NCBI GenBank assembly: GCA_018402135.1
Contig: JAGYJF010000005.1
Span: 406,209-470,208, forward strand
Source: Flavobacteriaceae bacterium
GTDB lineage: Bacteria > Bacteroidota > Bacteroidia > Flavobacteriales > Flavobacteriaceae
DNA length: 64,000 bases
Direction: 5' to 3'
Positions 1-10,234 of the stretch are shown piece by piece. The notes below the pieces were generated by a model, which saw only the letters and a list, made by a program, of their open reading frames with translations, had not been told where the DNA came from and made no database searches. Position numbers and translations under genes: made by a program. The first letter of the stretch is position 1; every line of letters starts with the position of its first letter.

Positions 1-63
1 TGGGTAACTACAAAAACTGCAGTAATCAATTATATAGATAGTATTAGTAATGGTAGTAATTAA
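1..63 (+). CDS. Possible 3' end of a gene entering from the left (…WVTTKTAVINYIDSISNGSN*)
   Basis: Frame 1 is open from base 1 to TAA at 61-63 and converges on the next gene; too short to identify. Confidence 0.3.
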   Translation, partial: WVTTKTAVINYIDSISNGSN

Positions 64-65
64 GC

Positions 66-1241
66 TTATTCTTCAATTCTGTTATCGTCAAATGCCGATG
101 GTAACAGTTTAGGGATAAGCTTTATTACCAACGGCAATAGCAACATACCGCCTGGTAAAATAAAAATGGCCAAACTAGGTATGGACTTAAAAATATCTAA
201 TAACTGTATTTGTACTCTTTTTTGCTCGTCGTCTGTCAGTTTACGTTGTGTTGACTGTCTTAAAATCCACAAAGCATCCTTACTTTGTCTTAATTCTTTT
301 TGAAGTCTTTTGCTATTCCGTCTAATGAGTTTTATAACTAATTTACTTGAATTGTCGTAGAAACTATGTACTAAGTTTTTTGAATGTAGAAGGGCGATTT
401 TATCTTTATAATTATCATAAAATTGATTGATTTGAATTACAGATTCATCAATAATACTTTCTGACAAGGTTAAATCAACTTTCAACTGACTTAAAAAGGC
501 ATGTTCTTTTAAATCAATCAACTGGTCACTCCACGACGCCATACATACCACATCAATCAAGTAATATTTTTCTAAATCATTTTTTAAAAATTCAATTCCT
601 TCTTCATAGCCTAACTCAACATCGTCATGATAGCGCAATGAGGCTTCAAACAATTTCATTAAACTTACATCGTATTCTGATTTTTCTGGTTTTAAGTTGA
701 AAACCATAATTACAATCATTTCAATAAGCGATTCAAAGCGCTTGGTATAAAGTGAAATTTCTGTGTTAGACTCTAAAAATTGCTTGTAGGCAAGTACATC
801 TAAAAAAAGTAGCGCGTTGATTATAAAATAGTTGAAATTCTTGGTGATGATATTAGCATCTATATGTATACGTTTATCAATAATTTTTTCAACTAATAAA
901 AGATTTTCTTTTGCACCAATAAGTTCGTTTAAAAATGATGTTTTATAAGCATTGTTCGATTTATAAAACGCAATAATAGACTCGGAAAAGGACAGCTTCG
1001 TCGGATTAAAGTTGGTATAAATATAATAGAATGAAAACCATAGATTGATTTTGCAGATTTCTTCCTCAGTCAAATCTTTCGTCTCGATATTGCTTGCAAC
1101 TGCAGCAATATTACTTCCGTAAATAAAGCCTGATTTTCTCAATTCACAATAAAATTCGTGCAGAGGTAAATGCCACAACGAGCTATATTGTTCAGTCTTG
1201 TTTAAAAGTAATTTTATCCAACCATTTCCCGATGGATTCAT
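66..1241 (-). CDS. LETM1-related protein (flavobacterial type)
   Basis: 391 aa; C-terminal QLLDIFKSIPSLAIFILPGG…LLPSAF is the LETM1-like signature. Confidence 0.75.
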   Translation of the reverse strand: MNPSGNGWIKLLLNKTEQYSSLWHLPLHEFYCELRKSGFIYGSNIAAVASNIETKDLTEEEICKINLWFSFYYIYTNFNPTKLSFSESIIAFYKSNNAYKTSFLNELIGAKENLLLVEKIIDKRIHIDANIITKNFNYFIINALLFLDVLAYKQFLESNTEISLYTKRFESLIEMIVIMVFNLKPEKSEYDVSLMKLFEASLRYHDDVELGYEEGIEFLKNDLEKYYLIDVVCMASWSDQLIDLKEHAFLSQLKVDLTLSESIIDESVIQINQFYDNYKDKIALLHSKNLVHSFYDNSSKLVIKLIRRNSKRLQKELRQSKDALWILRQSTQRKLTDDEQKRVQIQLLDIFKSIPSLAIFILPGGMLLLPLVIKLIPKLLPSAFDDNRIEE

Positions 1242-1289
1242 AATTAATCATTTTTTACAAAGATACTTTTTTTGAATAACCTATTTATT

Positions 1290-1361
1290 CACATTTCATC
1301 TCAATGATTCTACACTTGAGTTATTAATTATTTTAAATATCTAGTTGGAACTTCAATTTTG
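1290..1361 (+). promoter_or_regulatory. Degenerate 21-bp-period direct repeat (LytTR-type box) plus -7-like box
   Basis: CACATTTCAT 1290-1299 and TACACTTGAG 1311-1320; CAATTTTG 1354-1361. Same geometry as the cleaner site at 5228-5300. Confidence 0.35.
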
Positions 1362-1960
1362 TGCTATCAATTAAAACATATAAAGAAGTGAGACAATTAT
1401 TATTTATCTTAATTTTCGTAATAACCAATACGATATTTGCTCAAACTACCATTTCTGGAAAGGTGCTAGACGTTAAAGGGATACCGATAGCTGGTGCCAA
1501 TATTTATTTACAAGGCACTTATGATGGCGGGACGTCGGATGATTTGGGTGATTTTTCCTTTAATACCTATGAAAATGGTGAAAAAACACTCGTGGTGTCA
1601 TTTTTATCATTCGAAACTTTTGAAATGATAGGTAATGTTTCAATAATGACTAAGTTGGACATTAGGCTTCGAGAGGATGTCAATACCATGGATGCGGTTA
1701 TTTTATCTGCCGGAACTTTTTCAGCGGGAGATAATAGTAAAGTTTCGGTGTTAAAGGCCCTAGACGTTGTAACAACCGCTAGTGCATTAGGCGATTTTGT
1801 TGGCGCTCTACAAACATTACCAGGAACAACTACCGTGGCTGAAGATGGTCGATTATTCGTACGTGGTGGCGAGGCTGAAGAAACTCAAATTTTTATTGAT
1901 GGGATTCGTGTTTTTACACCTTATAGTCCAACTACTAATAATATCCCTACACGAGGACGT

Positions 1961-3632
1961 CAGACTGTCTCAAAACTTAATAACTTTGTGAATAACCCAA
2001 CGCTCATTTTATAGATATAGTCTTGATATTCATTATCTTCAAGTATGGAATATCAAAAAGGACAAAGTCGCCAACAAATAACCTTATTCACCACTTGTTT
2101 GGATGATATGGTACCATATGATAACACGGTACGTTTTATCGATCAATTTGTTGAATCATTAGATTTAGAAACAATGGGATTTGATAGCCTTGCAACCCAG
2201 GGCAGACCACCTTACAATCCCTCAGACCTACTCAAACTTTACATTTATGGTTACATGAACCGTATGCGATCGTCTCGAGTATTAGAAAAAGAATGCCATC
2301 GCAATCTTGAAGTTATCTGGTTGATGAAAAACCTAAAACCCGACCATAATACCATTTCACGATTTAGAAAAACCAATTCTAAAGCGATCAGGAATGTATT
2401 TAGACGTAGCGTTGAAATAGCCAAGAACTTTAACCTTATCGGGGGTGAACTTATTGCAGGAGATTCCACAAAGCTAAGGGCTCAAAACAGTAAGAAAAAT
2501 AACTACAACCATAAAAAGGTGCAACGACATCTAGAATACATCGATAAAAAACTACAAGAACATAACCAAGCCCTCTCTAAAGCCGATGGGGATGAGAAAC
2601 AAGACTTAGAAAATCAAATCAATCATCGTAAAGAACAACGCAAAAAGTACAAAAGGATAGAAACAGAACTTAACAAAAACACAAGCTCTGAAAACCCACA
2701 ACTCTCCAGTTCTGATCCTGATAGCCGACATCAAATTGTTAGAGGCGTCATAACCGAGGTTTGCTACACAGCACAAACTACAGTAGATGCCAAGCATAAA
2801 CTTTTTATAGATTACAAGATTACCAATGAAAATGACAAAAAAGCTATGGGCACCATGCTTAAACGGGCTAAATCTATATTAAGAACAAACCAATTTACCG
2901 CACTTTATGATAAGGGATACCATACGGGTAGTGAATTTCATATTGCAGATCAATTGGGTATCAAGACCCTTGTGGCCATACCTGCCATAGGACGCTCAAG
3001 CCAAGCACCAAACCCTGATTATAACTCAGAAAACTTCCTCTATAATGACATCTCAGACACTTATACATGTCCGCAAGGTCATACTTTAACCTCTAACCAA
3101 ACCTCTTACAAAGCACGTAACTATACCTTTAAACAATACAAAACCAGTGCTTGTAAAACCTGTCCTGCACGGGAACAGTGTACAACGGCAAAATCCAATG
3201 GTAAAATTATTCAGCGCAGTGAGTTTACAGAAAACATAAAAAACAATGCTAACAGAGTAGCTAATAATGAACAACTCTATAAAAAGCGGCAAGCTTTAGT
3301 TGAGCATCCCTTTGGCACCATAAAAAGACAATGGGGGTTTGACCATATTATCACCAAAAAAGGCCTTAGAAGCGCTAGCGCAGACTTTGGACTGATTGCC
3401 CTAGCTTATAACTTAAAAAGATTAATAAACATCATGGCAACCCACAAGGATCATAAAAACAGGTTTTTTGAAATGCTATACCATGCATTTAGAACCATTT
3501 TCCGCTATTTAGAAGGTTTTTACAATTACAAACAACTACAATATAAAAACGCTTAAGTTTGACAAAATATCTTTCTAGCAGGGTGATTTCTTAAATGTTT
3601 TAGAAAAATATGCTAGTTTTGATACAAACTGC
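1961..3632 (+). mobile_element. IS1182-family insertion sequence (~1.67 kb)
   Basis: Terminal inverted repeats CAGACTGTCTCAAAACT (1961-1977) and AGTTTTGATACAAACTG (3615-3631) match at 14/17. Short target duplication CGT (1958-1960, 3633-3635), or CG depending on where the ends are placed. Confidence 0.9.
2045..3556 (+). CDS. IS1182-family DDE transposase
   Basis: 503 aa; GRPPYNP…LLKLYIYGY…SSR…PDHNTISRFR N-terminus, DST, LYDKGY, Cys-rich insert, YKKRQALVEHPFGTIK. Confidence 0.92.
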   Translation: MEYQKGQSRQQITLFTTCLDDMVPYDNTVRFIDQFVESLDLETMGFDSLATQGRPPYNPSDLLKLYIYGYMNRMRSSRVLEKECHRNLEVIWLMKNLKPDHNTISRFRKTNSKAIRNVFRRSVEIAKNFNLIGGELIAGDSTKLRAQNSKKNNYNHKKVQRHLEYIDKKLQEHNQALSKADGDEKQDLENQINHRKEQRKKYKRIETELNKNTSSENPQLSSSDPDSRHQIVRGVITEVCYTAQTTVDAKHKLFIDYKITNENDKKAMGTMLKRAKSILRTNQFTALYDKGYHTGSEFHIADQLGIKTLVAIPAIGRSSQAPNPDYNSENFLYNDISDTYTCPQGHTLTSNQTSYKARNYTFKQYKTSACKTCPAREQCTTAKSNGKIIQRSEFTENIKNNANRVANNEQLYKKRQALVEHPFGTIKRQWGFDHIITKKGLRSASADFGLIALAYNLKRLINIMATHKDHKNRFFEMLYHAFRTIFRYLEGFYNYKQLQYKNA

Positions 3633-5227
3633 CGTTATTCACCATTTTTGTTTGATGGAATTACGTTTTCTACAGGTGGTTACTCGGCTGAATTTGGACA
3701 AGCATTGTCCAGCGTACTACTTTTAAATACGATTGACGAGCCAGATCAAAATAAAACGGATATTGGAATTATGAGTGTTGGTGCCACTCTTGGGAATACC
3801 CAAAAATGGCATAAAAGTTCATTGAGTGTGAATGCCTCGTACACTAACTTAGCGCCTTATTTAATGTTATATGAAGACAGAAATGATTGGCAAAAACCGT
3901 TTGAAGGTGCTTCAGGTGAGTTGGTTTTTAGACAAAAGTTAAACTCAGGATTGCTAAAATTATATGCGGCATTCGATGCCACTAATTTTGAACTGATTCA
4001 AGAAGATATTAATATAACAGAAGGTGTGAAATTTAAGCTCAATAATAATAACATGTATTTTAATGGTTCGTATAAAGGTATTTTATCCGATAATTGGTCT
4101 TTATCTAGTGGATTAAGCTATACCTACGCCAAAAATAAATTGGGTATCATAGACAATACTATTGACAATACCGAAAATTCATTTCATGGGAAAGTAGTTT
4201 TTAAACGTAGATTCAACAATAGATTCAAGATGAATATTGGTACCGAATATTTTGCAACTAAGTTTAATGAGCTTTTTGAGAGTAGCACAATTCAAGAAAC
4301 ACCTTTAGGATTTAAAAATAATATAAGCGCTGTATTTACGGAAGCGGATTTAATTTTCTCTAATAAATTAGCTTTAAAGGCTGGATTTAGAGGTGAATAT
4401 AGCGAGATATTTAAACAGTTTACCGTTTCTCCTCGGATTTCAATTGCTTATAAAACAGCTAAAAATAGTCAAGTTTCCTTGGCATATGGCGACTTTTACC
4501 AACAACCAAATAGTGATATTTTAAAGTTTAATCAAAATTTGGAGTCGCAGCAAACATCTCATTATATTTTAAATTATCAATTTAATTCTGAGGGTAAAAT
4601 ATTTAGGGCTGAGGCTTACTTCAAAAAATATGATAATTTGGTTAAGTATGATACCGAGTTTCCAATTTTCAGTAGTGAATATAGTAATCTTGGCGACGGT
4701 TACTCCCAAGGGATCGATTTATTTTGGCGTGACAACAAAAGTTTTAAAAATTTAGATTATTGGTTTAGTTATTCCTATTTAGATACAGAGCGCGATTTCA
4801 GGAATTTTCCAGATGCTGCAGTACCAAGTTTTGTAAACAATCACAACTTCTCTGTTGTTGGTAAATATTGGATTGATTCGTTAAAAAGTCAGATCGGTAT
4901 GAGCTATGCTTTTGCCTCTGGTCGTAGCTATACCAATCCTAATGAAACTGGGTTTTTAAATGCTAAAACAAAACCATTTAGTAATTTGAGTTTAAACTGG
5001 GCTTATCTATTAAGTCCACAAAAAATACTCTATTTCTCGATAAATAATGTGCTTGCAACTCAAAATATCAATGGCTATCAATATTCCAACACGCCAGATG
5101 TGAATGGCAATTTTAATAGACGCGCTTTGAGGCCAGCGGCAGATCAATTCTTTTTTGTGGGATTCTTTTGGACTATCAGTGAAAAAGGAACCGATAACCA
5201 ACTCAATAATTTGTGATATATGAATTA

Positions 5228-5300
5228 TAACAATTCATCCTAGTTAATTAACAATTCAGTAAAACGCAATTTATTTTTTTGATTGAACTAAATATTTTTG
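5228..5300 (+). promoter_or_regulatory. LytTR-type direct-repeat box and -7 promoter element
   Basis: Perfect TAACAATTCA at 5228-5237 and 5249-5258 (21-bp period); TATTTTTG at 5293-5300. Confidence 0.55.
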
Positions 5301-5326
5301 AACCAAAATCATTAAAAAAAAACAAC

Positions 5327-5950
5327 ATGAAACAATTTTTTACCATCATTATTTTATCATTAACACTAATGTTAAATGCGCAATCAAATTACGAAAAGGG
5401 AATGCAAAAGGCTTTAGATTTATGGGAAGCTAATAACTGGTCCGAAGCAGAACAACTTTTCGAACGTATTGCGGCTGCCGAGCCAGATAAATGGTTGCCA
5501 AATTACTACATTGCTCAAATGAACAGCATCAAATCATGGAATGAAAAGGATTTGGATGTGATCACTGCGCAATTAACTAAAGCTCAGGATTACCTTAATA
5601 ATGCTATGGCAATTAGTAAAGATAATTACCATAATTTAGTAATGCAGGCGCAAATTTACACGAATTGGATTGCTTTAGATGGCAGGACTTACGGCATGAA
5701 ATATTCATCAAAAGTAACAGAATTATATAACCAAGCTTATATCTTAGCTCCTGAAAATCCAATCGTTGCAATTTGTAAAGCCGATTGGAATATGGGTAGC
5801 GCCCGTTATTTTGGTCAGGATACTAAGCCTTTTTGTAAGGATGTAGAAAAAGCTTTGGTCCTTTTTGAAAATTACAAGCCAGAACTATTTTATCCCAATT
5901 GGGGTAAACAACGCGCTATTGAAATTTTAAAGTCTTGTAAAGATGAATAA
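5327..5950 (+). CDS. Secreted helical (TPR-like) hypothetical protein, probable partner of the receptor
   Basis: ATG 5327 gives signal peptide MKQFFTIIILSLTLMLNA; FERIAAAEPDKWLPNYY and YPNWG motifs. Confidence 0.7.
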   Translation: MKQFFTIIILSLTLMLNAQSNYEKGMQKALDLWEANNWSEAEQLFERIAAAEPDKWLPNYYIAQMNSIKSWNEKDLDVITAQLTKAQDYLNNAMAISKDNYHNLVMQAQIYTNWIALDGRTYGMKYSSKVTELYNQAYILAPENPIVAICKADWNMGSARYFGQDTKPFCKDVEKALVLFENYKPELFYPNWGKQRAIEILKSCKDE

Positions 5951-6003
5951 AAAATACAAAAACTTCTGTTTACTATTAGGCAAACAGAAGTTTTTGTATT
6001 TTT
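5950..6003. terminator. Bidirectional intrinsic terminator
   Basis: AAAAATACAAAAACTTCTGTTT … AAACAGAAGTTTTTGTATTTTT inverted repeat between convergent genes. Confidence 0.85.
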
Positions 6004-6586
6004 AGTTTATTTCACTTGCAGCAACAATTTTAGATGTGGCGCCATTTTGTTCGCTAATCACGAACACTTTTCCTTTAATGTTTCTGTTCGCATCACCACA
6101 GTCAATGCACCAGTTACTATTAGAATGACTCATTGTAGCTCTGCCGTTTTCATCCGTTATAACAGAGGCAAATTTACCTCCATCGGCTTCATTACTTGGG
6201 TTCCACGGCTTAAGATTAGATGTTTTAAAATCTGAATTGTTATTTGATTTAAACTCCATAATTTCTCCAGTATAGGTGGTTTGTGGCGTGCCTTTAACCG
6301 AAGCTAAAAGTGCTACGGCGCCGGCCTGATCGCTAAAAACTCCTTTTGAAATAACACTACTTTCATTTTGAACCTGCAATTCTAATCTTATTTTTTTAAT
6401 TTCTTTGGAAGCCGATTTGATTGCTTTTGGTGTTGAGACAGAAACATTGGTTTCGGTTTCGTCAACATTGATTTCGGTTTCTTTCGGGTCGTTTTTGCAA
6501 GAAAAAATTACTGCGAAGGCTAAAATGCAAACCATTAAATTATAATGACTTGTATTTTTGATTTGGGTGATTAAAAATTTACTCAT
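6002..6586 (-). CDS. Cu/Zn-SOD-fold lipoprotein lacking the metal-ligand histidines
   Basis: Lipobox IFSC. Shares WNP, DENG, WCIxC and NIxGK landmarks with the adjacent SodC but has no HxH or other ligands. Confidence 0.7.
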   Translation of the reverse strand: MSKFLITQIKNTSHYNLMVCILAFAVIFSCKNDPKETEINVDETETNVSVSTPKAIKSASKEIKKIRLELQVQNESSVISKGVFSDQAGAVALLASVKGTPQTTYTGEIMEFKSNNNSDFKTSNLKPWNPSNEADGGKFASVITDENGRATMSHSNSNWCIDCGDANRNIKGKVFVISEQNGATSKIVAASEIN

Positions 6587-6604
6587 AGTTTATTTTAATA
6601 AATT

Positions 6605-6634
6605 AATTATTGAATTATTGAATTATTGAATTAT
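6605..6634. repeat. 8-mer tandem repeat (AATTATTG)x3.75
   Basis: Seen directly; overlaps the sodC stop codon. Confidence 0.6.
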
Positions 6635-7213
6635 ACCGCCACAGCTTACTCTCCCACCAGCATCGCCAGTTGGTTGTGAAACGAAGTCATCAACCCCTTG
6701 ATGTACAATTACAGATTTGCCTAAAATATTCTTATTCACATCATCGCAGCCTATGCACCACTTGTCAGTTGAGAAATTTACTTCTCCTTGTCCATTTTCG
6801 TCAACTGTAAAATTACCGATATCGCCTAAATGAAATCCTTTTTCATCATCCCATTTTCCGTGTGGTTGGGCTGTGGGATTCCAATGACCACCAGCAGAAG
6901 TGCCATCGGCAGCAGTGCAATCTGCCTTTTCATGCAAATGAATGGCATGTTCACCCGGCGTAAGATTAATTAGATTTGCAGTCATACGAACAACACCATC
7001 TTCTTCTGTAAAAGTAACAACGCCACCAGCCTGGGTATCGCTCTTAGATTCTAAATTGATGGTGACCGTTTTCAGATTATTCATGGGTGTTTCATCTATT
7101 TGTTCTGCTTGTTCAGTAGAAGCTTCATTCTCTGTATTAGTAGAATCTTTTTTTTCATTTTTACAGCCTAAAAATAATAAGACTGTAAATATCAAGATTA
7201 TTGCATGTTTCAT
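6623..7213 (-). CDS. sodC: Cu/Zn superoxide dismutase (lipoprotein)
   Basis: HAIHLHE, SAGGHWNP, PHG, HLGDIGN, VIVHQGVDD, GDAGGRVSCG; lipobox FLGC. Confidence 0.95.
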   Translation of the reverse strand: MKHAIILIFTVLLFLGCKNEKKDSTNTENEASTEQAEQIDETPMNNLKTVTINLESKSDTQAGGVVTFTEEDGVVRMTANLINLTPGEHAIHLHEKADCTAADGTSAGGHWNPTAQPHGKWDDEKGFHLGDIGNFTVDENGQGEVNFSTDKWCIGCDDVNKNILGKSVIVHQGVDDFVSQPTGDAGGRVSCGGIIQ

Positions 7214-7345
7214 TTTAAAATAAATTAAGGTTAGAAATTTCTATTCTTAGTCAAAGATAAGTAATAAGATGAGCATTTAAAACAATAGCGCCGTTTTGTT
7301 TAAATCTTGATTCAATTCACGTTACATCATTGAAAATTTGTTTTT

Positions 7346-7389
7346 ATGATGTTTATCATTTTTCTTAAGATTTGATTGCTATAAATTTG
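7346..7389 (+). promoter_or_regulatory. FNR/CRP-like palindrome and -7 box of hemN
   Basis: ATGAT-GTTT-ATCAT 7346-7359; TAAATTTG 7382-7389 (22-bp gap). Confidence 0.75.
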
Positions 7390-7405
7390 ACCTATAATTT
7401 CAGGT

Positions 7406-8770
7406 ATGAACACTTCACTAATTCAAAAATATAATGTGGCTGGACCACGCTACACTAGTTATCCCACGGTTCCTTATTGGGATGAAGCTTCGTTCAATAT
7501 TTCCGCATACGAGCAGTCCTTATTAACAACTTTTGCTGAAACGAATCGGGCAGAGGGCATTAGTTTGTATATTCATTTGCCATTTTGCGAACAACTCTGC
7601 ACGTTTTGCGGTTGCAACAAACGCATTACAAAAAGGCACGAAGTTGAAGCGCCTTACATTGAAACACTCTTAAAGGAATGGCAATTATATTGTGATTTAT
7701 TACCTGAAAAACCAATAATCAAGGAGATTCACCTTGGTGGCGGAACACCTACTTTTTTTGCGCCATATAGACTTCAATTTCTTATTGATAGTATAATTTC
7801 AAATGCAAAACTTGCCGTTAATTTTGAATTTAGTTTTGAAGGTCATCCAAATAATACCACTGAAGCACATTTACAGACCTTGTTCGACCTTGGTTTTAGA
7901 CGTGTGAGTTATGGAGTTCAGGATTATAATTTTAATATTCAAAAAGCCATTCACAGAATTCAACCTTTTGAAAATGTAAAAAGGGTTACCGAATTAGCAA
8001 GAAAGATTGGGTATACATCGGTTGGTCATGACTTAATTTTTGGTTTGCCTTTTCAAACAGAAGCCGATGTTGTAAATACTATTAATCACACTAATTTATT
8101 GCAACCAGACCGAATTGCCTTTTACAGTTATGCGCATGTACCATGGATAAAGGGAAATGGGCAGCGCGGCTTTAAAGATGAAGATTTACCAAGCGCCGAA
8201 AGTAAGCGACAGCAGTATGAAACTGGGAAAAGATTACTTGAAGAAATTGGCTACATTGAAATTGGTATGGATCATTTTGCACTAGAAACAGATTCACTAT
8301 TTAAAGCAACTGAAAACGGCAACTTACATCGTAATTTTATGGGCTATTCAGCTTCAAAAACTTCTGTAATGATTGGTTTGGGTGTGTCGTCAATTAGTGA
8401 CAGTTGGTTAGGTTTTGCCCAAAATGAAAAAAACATTGAAGATTATTCTCAAAAAGTTAACAAAGGTGATTTACCAATTTTTAGAGGTCATATTTTGACT
8501 CCTGAAGATGTTGTAATTAGAAAACACATTTTAAATTTAATGTGTAATTTTAGCACACAGTGGGAAGATGACGACTTAAAGTTCAGTCAACTTCCAGATG
8601 TTTTAATAGCGCTCAAACCATTTGAGCTAGACCATTTACTTACCATCAATGCCGAAAGTATTGAGGTACATAACCAAGGTAAGCCGTTTATACGAAATAT
8701 TTGCATGGCTTTTGATTTACGCTTGAAGGCGCATCAACCAAAAACGCAATTATTTTCAATGACCATATAA
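7406..8770 (+). CDS. hemN: Oxygen-independent coproporphyrinogen III oxidase
   Basis: GPRYTSYP, YIHLPFCEQLCTFCGC (radical SAM), HLGGGTPT, HRNFMGY. Confidence 0.95.
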   Translation: MNTSLIQKYNVAGPRYTSYPTVPYWDEASFNISAYEQSLLTTFAETNRAEGISLYIHLPFCEQLCTFCGCNKRITKRHEVEAPYIETLLKEWQLYCDLLPEKPIIKEIHLGGGTPTFFAPYRLQFLIDSIISNAKLAVNFEFSFEGHPNNTTEAHLQTLFDLGFRRVSYGVQDYNFNIQKAIHRIQPFENVKRVTELARKIGYTSVGHDLIFGLPFQTEADVVNTINHTNLLQPDRIAFYSYAHVPWIKGNGQRGFKDEDLPSAESKRQQYETGKRLLEEIGYIEIGMDHFALETDSLFKATENGNLHRNFMGYSASKTSVMIGLGVSSISDSWLGFAQNEKNIEDYSQKVNKGDLPIFRGHILTPEDVVIRKHILNLMCNFSTQWEDDDLKFSQLPDVLIALKPFELDHLLTINAESIEVHNQGKPFIRNICMAFDLRLKAHQPKTQLFSMTI

Positions 8771-8831
8771 CCGAATAACCAAAAAGAATCCTTAAATAAT
8801 GAGGAGACTAATTAACTAAATCACCAATATC

Positions 8832-9665
8832 ATGAAAAAAATTATTGTCCCCGTAGATTTCTCTAAACATTCCGAATATGCAATTGAGTCTGCAGCAATT
8901 TTGGCAAAACGAAATAATTCAGAAATTCTGGCAGTACACATGCTAGAACTATCTGAAACTTCATTTTCTCAATCTGATTCTAATAACCAGTTAAACGACT
9001 TGTTTATTATGAAAAGGGCTGAACAGCAATTTGAAGATTTTCTTAACAAGAAATTTTTAGAAGGCGTCAAAGTTACACCTATAATTAAACGTTTTAAAGT
9101 GTTTCGCGAATTGAACGAAATCGCTAAATCAGAACATGCCGATTTGGTGATTATGGGTTCACATGGCACCAGTGGCATGAGCGAAATATTCATAGGTTCT
9201 AATACTGAGCGTGTGGTACGCCATTCCGATATCCCAGTGTTAGTAATTAAAAACCAACCTAATAATATGCATTTTGAAAATGTTGTATATGGTTGCGACT
9301 TTACAGATGAATCAATTGCCTCTTATATAAAAGTTTCTAAGTTTTTTGCGGATATGGGAAGTAAGCTACATTTACTGTTTATAAACTTACCTGATTTCGC
9401 ATTTAAAAGCACCAACGAAATGGAAGCGCGTGTAGCTGAGTTTTTGAAGAAAACTGAAGGAAATTTGAAAAAACTAAACGATGTTGTTTATTTCTCAGAT
9501 TACAGTATTGAAAAGGGTATTTTGAATTATGCCAATAAGGTTGGGGCCGATTTAATAGCGGTGTCTACCCACGGCCGTAAAGGTATTGCACATTTTTTTG
9601 AAGGCAGTATTTCTGAAGACATTGCTAATCACTCAGTTTTACCCGTGATGACATTTAAGATCTAA
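8832..9665 (+). CDS. Universal stress protein (two USP domains)
   Basis: IIVPVDFS, DLVIMGSHG…GSNTERVVR, STHGRKG…GSISE. Confidence 0.9.
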   Translation: MKKIIVPVDFSKHSEYAIESAAILAKRNNSEILAVHMLELSETSFSQSDSNNQLNDLFIMKRAEQQFEDFLNKKFLEGVKVTPIIKRFKVFRELNEIAKSEHADLVIMGSHGTSGMSEIFIGSNTERVVRHSDIPVLVIKNQPNNMHFENVVYGCDFTDESIASYIKVSKFFADMGSKLHLLFINLPDFAFKSTNEMEARVAEFLKKTEGNLKKLNDVVYFSDYSIEKGILNYANKVGADLIAVSTHGRKGIAHFFEGSISEDIANHSVLPVMTFKI

Positions 9666-9690
9666 AAATAGTTTTATTAATGATTTTACT

Positions 9691-9722
9691 AAAAGGCATC
9701 CTTAAAATAAGGGTGCTTTTTT
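9691..9722. terminator. Bidirectional intrinsic terminator
   Basis: AAAAGGCATCCTTA-AAA-TAAGGGTGCTTTTT between convergent genes. Confidence 0.75.
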
Positions 9723-10153
9723 TATAATGGTAAACTGCTTTTACCGTTTTTAATATCTATCACCAAATCATTTATACATTTATGTTTTAAATTATTTAAA
9801 AGTGCATCTCGCATAGGATTGGCTAAATGGTGCAAGGGGCATGGATTTAGATGATTACAATGGCTCAATCCGAGTAGGCAGCTATTTAGTTTGTCTTCCC
9901 CATCGATAGCATAAATAAAATTTATAACCGGTTCATTTTTATTCAATTCATCTAAATAAAAACCACCGTGAGGACCTTTTTCTGAATGGGCTAAATTTTT
10001 TCTTACTAGTTCTTGTAACAATTTGGCAATATAAGCCGGCGGCACATTGATCAGTGAGGCGAGATCGCGAGCAAGAATTTTATTTTCACTGGAAGTATGT
10101 ATAGCCAAATACAAAACTGCCTTGAGAGCGTATTTAGAAGAATTTGAAAGCAT
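9722..10153 (-). CDS. Rrf2-family transcriptional regulator (three-Cys Fe-S type)
   Basis: SSKYALKA, KGPHGGF wing, CLLGLSHCNHLNPCPLH; divergent from the nos operon. Confidence 0.9.
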   Translation of the reverse strand: MLSNSSKYALKAVLYLAIHTSSENKILARDLASLINVPPAYIAKLLQELVRKNLAHSEKGPHGGFYLDELNKNEPVINFIYAIDGEDKLNSCLLGLSHCNHLNPCPLHHLANPMRDALLNNLKHKCINDLVIDIKNGKSSLPL

Positions 10154-10212
10154 TTTTTTTAAAGTGTAAAAAGGGGTTTTACAAATATAATGACAAATAT
10201 AGATTTTTATAA

Positions 10213-10230
10213 AAAGATAAAAAAATCTTT
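10213..10230. promoter_or_regulatory. Putative Rrf2 operator
   Basis: AAAGAT-AAAAAA-ATCTTT; same GAT-N6-ATC core as the palindromes at 23275 and 23780. Confidence 0.55.
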
Positions 10231-10234
10231 ATAT

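Larger units (their letters stand above)
1388..5216 (+). pseudogene. TonB-dependent receptor (~717 aa) interrupted by an IS1182-family element
   Basis: The 5' part (signal peptide, carboxypeptidase-regulatory-like domain, plug LFVRGG) ends …PTRGR at 1960. It resumes in frame as (R)YSPFLFDG at 3633-3636 and runs as a beta-barrel to 5216. Likely start is GTG 1388. Confidence 0.9.

Noticed and set aside
1361-2014. 217-aa ORF as a stand-alone gene
   Set aside because: It is the 5' half of the interrupted receptor; its last 17 codons are read-through into the IS left end.
3648-5216. 522-aa ORF as an independent receptor
   Set aside because: No signal peptide, starts mid-plug, and is in frame with the upstream half once the IS is removed.
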